From NCBI GenBank assembly GCA_002633005.1, contig NMRA01000002.1, forward strand, positions 2,862,687 to 2,926,686: 64,000 nt of DNA. Direction: 5' to 3'. Positions 25,301 to 37,800 of this stretch are shown here, piece after piece (the first letter of the stretch is position 1; every line of letters starts with the position of its first letter). The notes below the pieces were generated by a model. The model saw nothing but the letters and a program-made list of their open reading frames with translations. It searched no databases and had not been told where the DNA came from. Both the position numbers and the translations under genes were made by a program. This DNA is from Phoronis australis (taxonomy: Eukaryota; Animalia; Phoronida).

Positions 25301-28300
25301 TGAATCCATGTGAATCCGATCAGTCATTTCTAAGATAACGTTCTGAAGTTAGCCAAATTAGGACTTTTTTCTTGGGTCATGCGCAACCTTGAAGCCTTTG
25401 TTGGCCGGATTACTGAGAAATAATTCATTTCAACTTAGGTGTGAACATTGTATCTTTAGCGACGATTAGATGCCGCTGTGGAACATTAAAATTCAGTACA
25501 CATTTGTCACCTACTGTGACAGTGTGCGTTTGCGTCATGCAGTTAAAACAACCTCCGCTCAATCAGCAGATATCAAAGTGGTGCAGGATAATTGTGGACC
25601 AACTAGACTGCTGTCACTATGTCCTAACAGAGTGGAGCTTACTGATTGCATTAACTCTGGAAGGCTGCCCTCCTTTGTCATATACAGTCTTCCGTCATCA
25701 TTATGTATCGTGTGACTGAAGCCACTCTGTTTCCTGACCTCTTTCTTATCAGTGGAAGTCCTCCTAAATGCTGCTTGTTTCAGATCCACTTCATCGTAGG
25801 AGAGCGATCTCCTAGCCTGTGACTGCTGCGATTCTCGTCGCTGCTTTTCATTGAAAGATTTGCGTTTTATGTCATCAAATGGCTTGAGAGTGACCTTTGG
25901 TTCGGGCCTATCCTGATTCTCTTCATTGTCAATGGTGTGGCGCCGTTTATCGACACTGCCTTGCCGAGAGTTCCTCTTTATAGATGACGCTTGCATTTTT
26001 TTCGTTCGTGAAGCCACATGAGCTGTGCTGTCTGGACTGTCCTCAATGGCAAATGTTTCGGGAACCGTCTGAAGATTATCAAGTGGCTGCAAAATGTCCA
26101 TGTTTGATTCCGGCATATCCTGTTTCTCTTCATTATCTATGGTCTGGTGCTGTTTAGCGACACTATGTTGCTGAGACTTCTTCTTTTTAGGTGACGCTTG
26201 TGTTTTTTTCATTCTTGAAGGGGCTTGAACTGTGCTGTCTAGACTGTCCTCCAGAGCGGACGTCTTGGGAACCATCTGAAGATCTTCGCTTGGCTCGATG
26301 CCATCCTCCTTATTAGCTTCCCATTGGTTAATGTGAGGAACCGCATCTATTCGTGTTTTGGTGCCTTGTTTGGTCAATTTCAATCTGCTTTGTTGAGATG
26401 GTGAAACTTTGAGAATAATGTCTCTTTGCACTTTTGAAGTATTCTGCCGTTTACTAGACATTCTTTTTAAGAATGCTCCAGCAGGTTCGTCAGAATCGTC
26501 ATCTTCTGATTCAGCGTCTTCGTCAGATGTTTGGCGTGATTCACATGGCACACTGAGTGTTCTCTCATCTCCTAGTGTTGTGGAAAAAGAAAACTCAGTG
26601 GTGCCCACTTTTGAAAAAAATGTCCTCATTTTCTCTTGAAGCTGTTTTAATTTCTGTCTGTTGTTTTGTTCTTTTGTTTCATACTGTGGCATCCTTTTAC
26701 CACTAAATTCTGAAGTATTAATTTTGATGTGTTTAGCACTCTGATCGATGAGTTTTACTTTTTCAGCCTTAACAGTTAACGACTTGAGACCCACCTTATG
26801 ATTTGCCTCACGCAGTGCAGCTCTTTCTTTGTAACATTTACTGCTGGAAGGTTTGTAAGATTTTCTTCTTTTCGTTTTGATTTCTTCGCTTCCGAACACT
26901 TTTCCTTTCTTTGCTACATGGACGCTATCTACCTTGGGCATTTCGTGTTCATTACTCATTTCATCGCCCATCTGTGGGAAGTTTGGTGATTCGTCAGGAC
27001 TCATAAAGTGCTTTGTTGTGGGATCTTGGATTTTGATTGGATGGAGGAACAAGTATCTTAATCGGTTACTGGAAGACATCAGAATCTTAATTATCAATAA
27101 GTTTGTTTTAATGTAGTCTTTCGTTCACATGTGCTGTGGGATTCTGCAATTTTGTGCCCTTGCCTTTTGTAATAAGACATTCAATGAAGTAAAAGGGAAG
27201 AAAAGATGGTCAATGATCTTGATAAAACTAACTACTGCTCAACACTTTGTGTTGAATACATTATGGGGCATGTCAGGATTAGACTTACGCCAGTTATGTC
27301 GGAACAGTGATTTGTAATTGTTCACAACAATACTCGTATCTAGTGGTCTTATAGGTATTTGAAGAACGATTGACTATTTGCTTGGAATTTCTAGAATATG
27401 CTTGAATTGGTGGAAAACTTCGGAACAAGTAATAAGTGCTCCGGCATGAGTGTTATTCACTGACAGGGCAAACATTTACAGAATCAGCAGTTACATAGTT
27501 GATAGATACTTAGACAATCGGTGTTCTCTACAGGCTGTTTTTGACCCATCAGTGTGTTGATTTTGAATTTTGTTGTGACGAGTTTGGCTTCCTTGTATCT
27601 AGTTTGAAAACCTAAGCAACATGTTTGAATTATTGGGAGATTAGTCATTTTTAAAGCAAATTGGGAATTTTTTACTTTTGGCCCTGTTCACCGCATTTAT
27701 TTCGAGGCTTACTCACAGTTTTCAGTATAGACACGTTCATGAAGTTTGAATTTCACCCTAGTTTAATTTTTTTTTGTTGTTGAGAACACTGTCAATAGGG
27801 AGCTAGCTGTAGGGACAACAAGTGTGGCAGTTGCTGAAAGTGACTCAAGAGGTCATCACATTGACACAAGTTGACAATTCACAATACTGACTAGAGCAGA
27901 AGAGCGTTGTGTCTGCAGTTTTGTCTGAATAGAAGTGTGTGTGTTCGCTGGTGATTAACTGGAACCAGCCTTCAGTTTATCATCCCACTGTAAGCTATTA
28001 GCACTGGTCAGCGATGACTTGCACCCACCTATCCACAGGGAAAACATGGCATCACTTAAGTTGTTAATTTCAATGCAAACAACACCAGATTTTCCATGTT
28101 TTTCTGACAGGGATTCTCAAAACACTTTCTCTGCAAAATAGATTTGAGTATTGGGAATGAGCACAGTACCATGTTAAACGATTGTGTCTGCAAGCAAAGA
28201 CATCTAACTGGTGTGCCAAAGAGGAGTGGCTTTTGATGGTGGAAACTTCATTCTTTAAGAGCCGTAAGTAAAGTTGTTCCACTGTGTAACAAGAGAGGGC

Positions 28301-31300
28301 TCTGATTGTGTTTTGTGGCCAGCACGTGCAAGCGTAACGCTGTGATCTGTGCCACTTAGCTATCCACGCCTCTCTCAGTGATTCCTCAAGAGGTGGCACC
28401 ACTCCTGTCCATCGATCCAGTACATGGAATGAGTCCGATTCAACAGTTACATCTGGAAGTGAGTTGGCAAAGTAGTCAACGATGGTCGGCACATATTTCT
28501 TACTGTTCCTGTAATTAATAAAACACACTGTTTGTGTTGGACTAATCAGAGTGTTCCTTTTTTCTATCACAAATTTATTGAATTCATCCTCGAATGATGG
28601 CTTTGACTCGTGACACCATGTTTTCCTACGTCCCGACTCTCGCTGTGAAGTTCGTTTCAAAAGATGCTGCAACTTTAGGTACTTACTCCGTCTCCGGTTT
28701 TGCGAGGAACTTGTGAGGTACGATTTCATAAAGCTCTCACTTGCCTGTGGGCAATATTTAGCAACGTCTATTCTTCGGTCATTGGTCAAAGCTTGTGGGC
28801 TATTGTCAATTTCTGTGGTTTGGGTTTTTCCTGACGTAATCTTGTCAGTCCCATCGCTCAAACACTTGTCCATAGAAAATAGTACACTTTGCTACCTTTC
28901 GACTAGTGCGTGTTCTTAGGTATAGTATTCTCTTAAATTAAACCTATGAAACAAGTGTGTGCTCATTGTCTGAATGGCCTTGAGGCTAAGTTACTATACC
29001 GTGCATTATGGGAAAATCATTTGTAACAAATACATCACTAACTGTTTGATGTCATGTAAATTTGCAACTCTGTTGGCCTTTCATATCGAGCTCATTCGTA
29101 CAATTTTGGTCAATGTCCGTGCCATGTTGTTGTGCACATTACTGTGTATAATAATAATCATACCAGGTTTTGCAATAGATTTCCTTCCTCATTCGACCCT
29201 CTTATTTTCTAATAGAATCAGAAATATTTTTTGTAAGTGCAAAATCAGATTACATTTCTTGCCTCCACTATTGCAAGAAAGTTTCATTTTTTCAAACATA
29301 AAACCTTCGATTGGCTGATACTTGGAACATCACTCTCATCTAAGAAATACACTTTTTAAGTAATCGTGAATTATATCGTATCATTCTCACCTTATATTCC
29401 AGAATTTCGTTTTAGCGGGAAATGCATTTCACAAGCTTAAATTGTATAATTATTGTGTACATGATGACATCTTACAGAAAATGACGAATGATCAAATGTG
29501 CACTTTCCATTGCACTTTTGCTAGTTTCAATAGTGGTGTTTTCATCATTTCAGAAGATATTTTTTGTGTGATTTGAATCTGTTGGTTATTTTCTAGAATG
29601 CAGAACTTTCTATGCTGCTTTTTTCTGGGGAAAATTCTCTCCCCTTTAGGCTTAAGTCGGATGTTTGGTCTCGATGACCACTCAACTATTTCTGAAAACT
29701 AATTTATCTCACTTCCTCAAAATACCAAGTTTCTGAGAATAGACCTATAACTGCTAATTAAGGAGTGATATCCACAACTTATTGCTTATCTGCAACGTGG
29801 TGACATTTACATTTGTGGAAAAAATATTCAATAATGGTAAGTCATAAATTCTGACTTGAGGGCACAGACCAGGGCTTTTCCGTGCATTATAATAAGTTCA
29901 TGAAACTTGTAATGAAATTGAAAGTGCACCCACCAACATACCCGGTTTTACCGACGCCTCAGTACGCTTAATTGGACGAGCTGTGGACAGGCACTGACTA
30001 AGCTAAAGAACACCTTGTCATATACCAGTTGTGTTGAGTACGTTCAGCTGTCTGGCTCGCAAAGGGTCTTTAGGTAACTCGGATAATTTTTAACCCATAA
30101 ATCTAATATATTAGGAAGCATTTAAATGAAAATAATTCTTGCATAATCGTAGTCAAGGTATTGTTTTTGGGTAAGAAATAATTTTCACGGAGTTCGATAT
30201 TGTAGACATGAAAAGTTTAGCATGACACTTGAAAATTCCACTTATTCATGCTATTAGCTACAAATGTGCTGTCTTTTTATGCAAGGCTATGGAGACTAGG
30301 TTATAGCTGCTTTGCAGAAGTGTAGTGCACATGTCACGAAGTAGCTGAAGCATTGCATACTGGGATTGACCCGAGTAACCTGCCTTGCATTCAATAAGAA
30401 AAGCACTTCGAAGCGCTTTCCGCGAGCACTTCGAATTGTTAGACATCACTAATGAACGATCTGTTATGCAGCTTGAGAAACGCCCGCCAAAAGGAGGCGC
30501 TTTCTACGAGCGCGCCGTTAAATATCGCAATATCCCGAAACAGTTCAAAGCGCTTTCCTTATTGAGTGCAAGGCAAGTGTCGGCAATGGTTTGCGAGAAC
30601 TCAGTAGGCCTACAAACAAATATGAATAAATAAAATTTGACAGAAGTAGATGTGACAGGGGCTGTCATAAACAATCCAATTGAAGCGTGCTCCATTTCAA
30701 AGCTCAAACGTTGGCTGCGTTGTACAAATGTAAGCAGGAAGGACTTGATCTTCTAGCACTGTAAATACTAGTACTAGAGTTTTTCGACCCTTTTCACACT
30801 ATTTTGCACTTTCATATAAATGTTGTAGATATACATATTTTTCCGAGACAATGCAGTGGTTACTCGGACCTTTCCCAAGACACATCGTGGAACCATGGGG
30901 CATGGCTTTCAAAATGCCAGATCTGCATATCAACTATTGATTTTTTTTTGTTAAAAATGGTAAAGTTTTTGCGTTAGACCACCGATTTTTTAGGCTGAAA
31001 GACATCCATGGATGCGTAATATGTATCTAATGAAATGTAATCAGTTAACGGAATTTGCAAGTTTCATGGGTGAATTTTCATGCCTGGAAGTTATTGCGAT
31101 CTATGTGAAAAATTTCATACACTTGTCTCTGTTAATATGTGGTTTCATGTATTGAAAATTAGTACCGTATTCGCCCTAATAAGCGTTCATGCCCCTACAA
31201 ACATCCCCCAGGCATTTTCAGTCTTTGCTAAAATAAGGGACGAGTCCTATTATGTTCTGGCCTTTCAGCACAGACACAGCGTACTTATCAAAGCGATTGT

Positions 31301-31770
31301 GTTGTATCTTTCTTGTACAGATCTTCTCCCTCAACAGGAATTATCCAAATTTCTTTGAACACGTGAAAACCGCGAATCGAAGACTAGTAAAAACTTGACC
31401 TTTGTTCAGTTAAAATAACGTGGCTAGGAAGGGCGCGCTACATTCAAGAATCTGTCATCGAAGATTAGTCTTCGAGAACTATTTATTCATGAAATGGGTA
31501 GCATAGCATCCACAAGAAATACTGGCACTTATTTCCAAAAGTTTCTAATACCATAAAATACGTTTGCGTTATTTTTAAGGGGGAATTATTAAATTAAAAG
31601 TAATTGGTATTTTAAAGTCAAAATGACCCACTGATAGTGAACACTTCTGCACCCTTACACCCCCCCCGAATCTCCCGAAAAATAACTGTTGGACTGTCAC
31701 GCATCCAGTCACCCGTCTACTCAGTGACATCGGCCTTACCGAGACAATTCTCGAACATTTTTTAGCAGAT

Positions 31771-31801
<31 letters not shown>

Positions 31802-34800
31802 CTTTTATTTATTTACATTACATAATAATAATACATTGATTAAAATTTGATTTCAATTAGGAGGCCTTGTAAAGGTTATTGACCGCTGATAAGAAGGTCC
31901 CCTGTACAAGATAAACAAATGGAAATGCAAAAATCAGTAGGAATACTTAAGAAAACAGTGAATTTGTGCTGAAAACGACCGACACACCAGGAACCAAGAA
32001 GTAAACTGGCACAGCTCAGGAGATTTTGAGAATAAAATTAGATACTGTTACATATGAAGCAATTGGAAATATGACAAACTGGATCGTAGTTGCTAATAAC
32101 AAAATTGGTTAAGAACCTGGAGAATGCTTGCAAAGAATGCGTTTTTATTATATTTAGAGCAGAGACTGGTATTTCGTTGTTGTTTATAAGTCGAGGAATC
32201 TGAAATCTAATACAGGCTCTTGATGACAATTTGTTGGACGGAGGAATTAAAATTTTGGGTTGTATTGTCGGTATAGTAGCTGAGTATTGATTCAGGTATG
32301 TAGGTGTTTTAATGTGTCTGGTTGGCTTATATTGGATGGGTTTACTAAAGAAGTTGTTAGTGTAAAAATACTTAGGAAGCTGATTATTGAGGAATTTGTA
32401 GTAAAATTTTGCAGTTGAGATTTTAAAGATGTCTTGAACTAGAGGGAGGCGAAGTTCCTTACATATGGGCAGAGAGTGAGCATTATAACTGGAATTTGAT
32501 ATATTCCTAAGGATTCTTTTCTGGGCTGTNNNNNNNNNNNNNNNNNNNNNNNNNNNNNNNNNNNNNNNNNNNNNNNNNNNNNNNNNNNNNNNNNNNNNNN
32601 NNNNNNNNNNNNNNNNNNNNNNNNNNNNNNNNNNNNNNNNNNNNNNNNNNNNNNNNNNNNNNNNNNNNNNNNNNNNNNNNNNNNNNNNNNNNNNNNNNNN
32701 NNNNNNNNNNNNNNNNNNNNNNNNNNNNNNNNNNNNNNNNNNNNNNNNNNNNNNNNNNNNNNNNNNNNNNNNNNNNNNNNNNNNNNNNNNNNNNNNNNNN
32801 NNNNNNNNNNNNNNNNNNNNNNNNNNNNNNNNNNNNNNNNNNNNNNNNNNNNNNNNNNNNNNNNNNNNNNNNNNNNNNNNNNNNNNNNNNNNNNNNNNNN
32901 NNNNNNNNNNNNNNNNNNNNNNNNNNNNNNNNNNNNNNNNNNNNNNNNNNNNNNNNNNNNNNNNNNNNNNNNNNNNNNNNNNNNNNNNNNNNNNNNNNNN
33001 NNNNNNNNNNNNNNNNNNNNNNNNNNNNNNNNNNNNNNNNNNNNNNNNNNNNNNNNNNNNNNNNNNNNNNNNNNNNNNNNNNNNNNNNNNNNNNNNNNNN
33101 NNNNNNNNNNNNNNNNNNNNNNNNNNNNNNNNNNNNNNNNNNNNNNNNNNNNNNNNNNNNNNNNNNNNNNNNNNNNNNNNNNNNNNNNNNNNNNNNNNNN
33201 NNNNNNNNNNNNNNNNNNNNNNNNNNNNNNNNNNNNNNNNNNNNNNNNNNNNNNNNNNNNNNNNNNNNNNNNNNNNNNNNNNNNNNNNNNNNNNNNNNNN
33301 NNNNNNNNNNNNNNNNNNNNNNNNNNNNNNNNNNNNNNNNNNNNNNNNNNNNNNNNNNNNNNNNNNNNNNNNNNNNNNNNNNNNNNNNNNNNNNNNNNNN
33401 NNNNNNNNNNNNNNNNNNNNNNNNNNNNNNNNNNNNNNNNNNNNNNNNNNNNNNNNNNNNNNNNNNNNNNNNNNNNNNNNNNNNNNNNNNNNNNNNNNNN
33501 NNNNNNNNNGTGTATGTATGTGACCGTATGATGTTGATGTAAAGAAGTTATCTATTAAAGTTGCTGATGTGGGGCTAAGACGTGTAGGGTATGTAATTGA
33601 AGGTCTTAAATTGTGATTTGTCATAAAATCCAGGAATGTTTGAACTTTATTATTTGTTTGTGTCTCTAGAAGATTTAAGTTATAATCTCCACCTAAAATC
33701 AGTGTTTTACGCTGATTTTGAAGGTTTTCGATGATGGGACAGAACTCTTCAATAAACGAGTGAAGTTGGCGGTCTGTAAAAGTTACCGACGCAGATGCTT
33801 TTGTTGTTAATAGAGATAAAAGTGAGTAGGCCTTCGAACGTAGAATAAGTATCAAGAACTTGAATTTTTTTGACATGAAGATTATCATTTACGTAAGTGA
33901 TAAGGCCACCGTGTGTTGAACATAAGCTAGATGCAGGCTTAGAGTACATGTTGTAACCGTCAATTTGAAAGACTGAAAGGCAGCTGGTCGTGGTTAACCA
34001 TGATTCTTGTATTAAGATAATGCCGAAAAATAATTCTTTAGAGTGAATGTTGTGCAGGAATGATTCAAACTGAGTGAATTTTGCGTTAAGTGATTGAATG
34101 TTAATACTTAACACGGTTAGACTTGATTTATTTAGTTTAAGAAAGTTTTTAACTCCTTCTGTATCAAAAAAATGGGATTTGGTGAGCCTCGGTGCAACAT
34201 TCAAGGGACTTATATAAGAGACAGAAGTCTAGTGCATTCTCACCTCCATAACTAGATAATAGAGGAGCAGGATCAAGAGCTGCGCCAGCAGAAAACTGGC
34301 TTACGTTGGCCATAAATGGATATTTACATGTGTTATTCTTTGATTGGTCCTAGGATATCGGTCGTCATATAAGTTCATTGAAATAGCGCACATGAAAAAT
34401 TCACAAGGGGTGGGTAAGATAAACAGATAAAAAGTTTAAACAAACTTATACAGATAAGATAGATACTGAGATACATACATGAAGCATTAGACATTTGGAA
34501 ACTTTAACATGTAAAATTACAAGTCAAATCCATGCATATATATAGATAGTAAACACTATTTGGATTAGCTATTCAGTGATAGATAAGTATCTAGAGTAGC
34601 TTCAGGCAGTCGATGGTAGCGACCCCAGTTGGTCTACATGTGTAATATTGATGAACTAACCTGATGATGCGGTGAGGGTGTATCTCCATAGACAGAGAGC
34701 GGGATTCAGTTTGACACTATACCCCGTGCTGGGTGTACACAAATTAGTCTTGTGACTGAACTTAGTGTTACATGAGACCATCCTGAATGAATAGAATCTA

Positions 34801-37800
34801 GCTTGGGACCCAGGTCGCCATAGGTGTTCTGCAGTCAGTTTGCCAGAAATAGTTTCAACACTGTGCGTGCTGATACAATAGGTAATGAAAGTCGGAAACA
34901 CAATCGGGATGTCGTTCGTGTAAGGTTTCCAGACTGCTGACCAAGCGCACCACAGGTGCCCAGTAATCATCAGCCGTACTAACTTACGTTTACGAACACT
35001 TGATAGGCCTACGAACATGGCCGTTCAGGTCTAACGAGGCAAACTCAGCAAGGAGCCAGGTTCAGAGAATTACCATTTAACGTCACTGAGTTAAAAGTGA
35101 GTTACTGGCATAGTGTGTACACTTCAGGGTTATGTTACGTAAGAGATACGAAAACACTGAAGATTGGTCAAACTCAATGAAGAAAATGGACATACTGTCG
35201 TCGAAGTAAACATCAGAGGCTAGTGCTGTTGGAATATAAACCACCGGGGGTGCTCATAGAATAACAGTGAGTCAACGGTAAAAGTGAAGCATAACTGGTT
35301 TACTATACTGACAGGCTGGTGGAATAAATTTTGAACAGCAAAACATTATAATGTATGTGATACTTAACATACAGTGTATTGGCATGATATGAGTCCAGCT
35401 TAAAGAAACATGCAAGTGCAACTCGCTCAAGCTGTCAGAAATGACAGTGCACAATTACTAGGTAATTATGTTTAACTTACAATGACAGTGCATAATTACT
35501 AGGTAATTATGTTTAACTTACAATGACAGTGCATAATGACTAGGTAATTATGTTTAACTTACAATGACAGTGCATAATTACTAGGTAATTATGTTTAACT
35601 TACAATGACAGTGCATAATTACTTGGTAATTATGTTTAACTTACAATGACAGTGCATGATTACTTGGTAATTATGTTTAACTTACAATGACAGTGCATGA
35701 TTACTTGGTAATTATGTTTAACTTACAATGACAGTGCATGATTACTAGGTAATTATGTTTAACTTACAATGACAGTGCATAATTACTAGGTAATTATGTT
35801 TAACTTACAATAACAGTGCATAATTACTTGGTAATTATGTTTAACTTACAATGACAGTGCATAATTACTAGGTAATTATGTTTAACTTACAATGACAGTG
35901 CATAACTACTAGGTAATTATGTTTAACTTACAATGACAGTGCATAACTACTAGGTAATTACAATGACAGTGTGAGAAATGTCCTGCACTGGATCTATGAT
36001 CTGCGGGATGTCAGCTTCAGTGACTACGTGCACTATTCGCTTGTCATTCATTTTCAGGAATATTTCACCATCAGTTGTCCAAGTTTTCTCGCAAGGACTG
36101 TTTCTATCATTACACATTTGGCAGCATTTGTAAAACAAGGCTGATCGTCGCTTAGTTAGACTTTCACTGATGAAGATCTTGTCACCGGCCAGAAGTTTGC
36201 GTTTTTTGATAAAGGTTAGACGATCGCTATAAGAAATGAATTTGCAGATAAGGTTTCAAGTTTTATTTGCTGATGGTTTACCTAGTCTGTGGGCTCTGCT
36301 TATGTCTTTGCGTGTTAGGTTGATGTCTATCTTCTTGCCAATATTAATAACCTTGCTAGTAACGTCCTCGTTGTCGTCTTTGATTCCTCTTATGATGACA
36401 CATTCTCTTCTGCTGTATTGTTCTTGTAAATCCAGGTTAACTTTGAGTTGATCCACTTCAGCTTTCAATGATACAATCTCACTGTCTTTCTTACGTATGA
36501 TATCCTCGTATTTCGCCGTGATGGTTGCAATATGTGGTTCAATAAATTTAGAGTACAGGGCGTGTTGAATCTTGTCATTTGAGAACGCCCTCAGAAGCGC
36601 TTCAACAAGATTTTCATCTTCTTCCCCATCTGTGTAACTTTGCAGGCGTGTTTTACTTCTTGTTGTTGAAGTCATAGTTAGATGAGTTAGTCGAGATATT
36701 GAGGAAAATGAGGTATATGCAGAAAATTTGACGAGCAATTCGAGTTAGCTTTTCGCGCTCAAACACATCACGTGATTTTTTGAGATCACCAAGTGCTAAA
36801 TAAAAGATGTTCTGCTTTACTGCTTAGTTACAATGCACTCCTACATTGTTACATGAACTCTAATGACACGCACGCGCTCGATTTCTCACACAATACGCAG
36901 ACGAACTTCAAAACAAATGTCACGTGACAACAACGTGTGTTCATCCAGAGATTTTTCTCGTGTTGCGGAGTACCATCAAGCGCAGGTTTGGACTTAATAT
37001 GCAGTTAATCCCGACTCCACAGGAATTTAAAAATCTTAGGGACGCTACTTTGAAAACGGGGAAGGCTTCAGGTAATTTGTTGAGTCGCAACTACATTTTC
37101 ACTCAAGAATTCAACTTGACCTATTGGCGACCACGAGGTAGCGACTTATCAGTTGGCGAGTTTTCGCTCTGGGAATTTCTGAAAAATGCTCGTAATTAAA
37201 CAATAAAGTTTGATAGCAATGCACTGCAATTTTGTAGAAACTCTGTCATAAGTTATACATCACAGAGTGTAAATTTGTTGAATTCTAGCTTACGAATTCA
37301 CCTGTTTCAGAGACTGGGTTTCAACCACTTTTGGGCTGTAATAAGCGCCCCTCTTCCTGAACTAAATTTTTCTAAGCGCCTAGGCGCTTATTAGGGTGAA
37401 TACAGTAATTAAAAAGATATTAAAAAATTAAAAAATGGCAACAAAAGTAAACAAATAATTTGAAGCATGGTTCCTAACCACTGAACCGTTACCTTAACTC
37501 ATATCTGCCATTTTTTTCAATTAAAACACAACATTATCTATAAGTTGACTGGAAGTCTATCAATGTTCACTCACTGAAACATCGTCAAGCTCAGCATCAT
37601 TATTCATTTCCAGAATTTAAATAAATGCAGTCGTCGTTAATCATTTTCTCAACCAACATCTCGTAACCTGACATTGACTCATCCGACATAATTCTGTCTT
37701 GACTGTCATGTTGTATCCGTCTACTAGCCAAGGTGCTTGGGTTGTAATTAAAACTGATGAAGTCAAGCATCATTTTGGGAGTTATCTCCACCCTGTTCAG

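Larger units (their letters stand above)
31797..36770 (-). mobile_element. Near full-length CR1-group (L2/Crack-like) non-LTR retrotransposon, inactivated; RT core lies in the assembly gap
   Basis: ORF1, long spacer, APE endonuclease, post-RT C-terminus ending [12 protein letters not shown], 3' UTR with AATAAA next to a (GA)n tract. Confidence 0.9.
31165..37405. mobile_element. TA-flanked TIR non-autonomous DNA transposon (Tc1/mariner/pogo-type, ~1.3 kb) split by the LINE insertion
   Basis: TIRs ccgtattcgccctaataagcg / cgcttattagggtgaatacag, with TA on both sides. Confidence 0.75.

Noticed and set aside
25425-25562. RHIM-like [11 protein letters not shown] in another minus frame just after the 512-aa ORF stop
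   Set aside because: Out of frame with the ORF, lacks the core Q of the (I/V)Q(I/V)G motif, and no splice or frameshift support is visible.
32038-33888. 616-aa ORF in the ORF track
   Set aside because: Mostly N-gap translated as X; the real parts are two LINE ORF2 fragments.
35440-35972. Palindrome-containing repeat array resembling CRISPR
   Set aside because: Units are contiguous with no unique spacers, there are no cas genes, and the context is a eukaryotic LINE.
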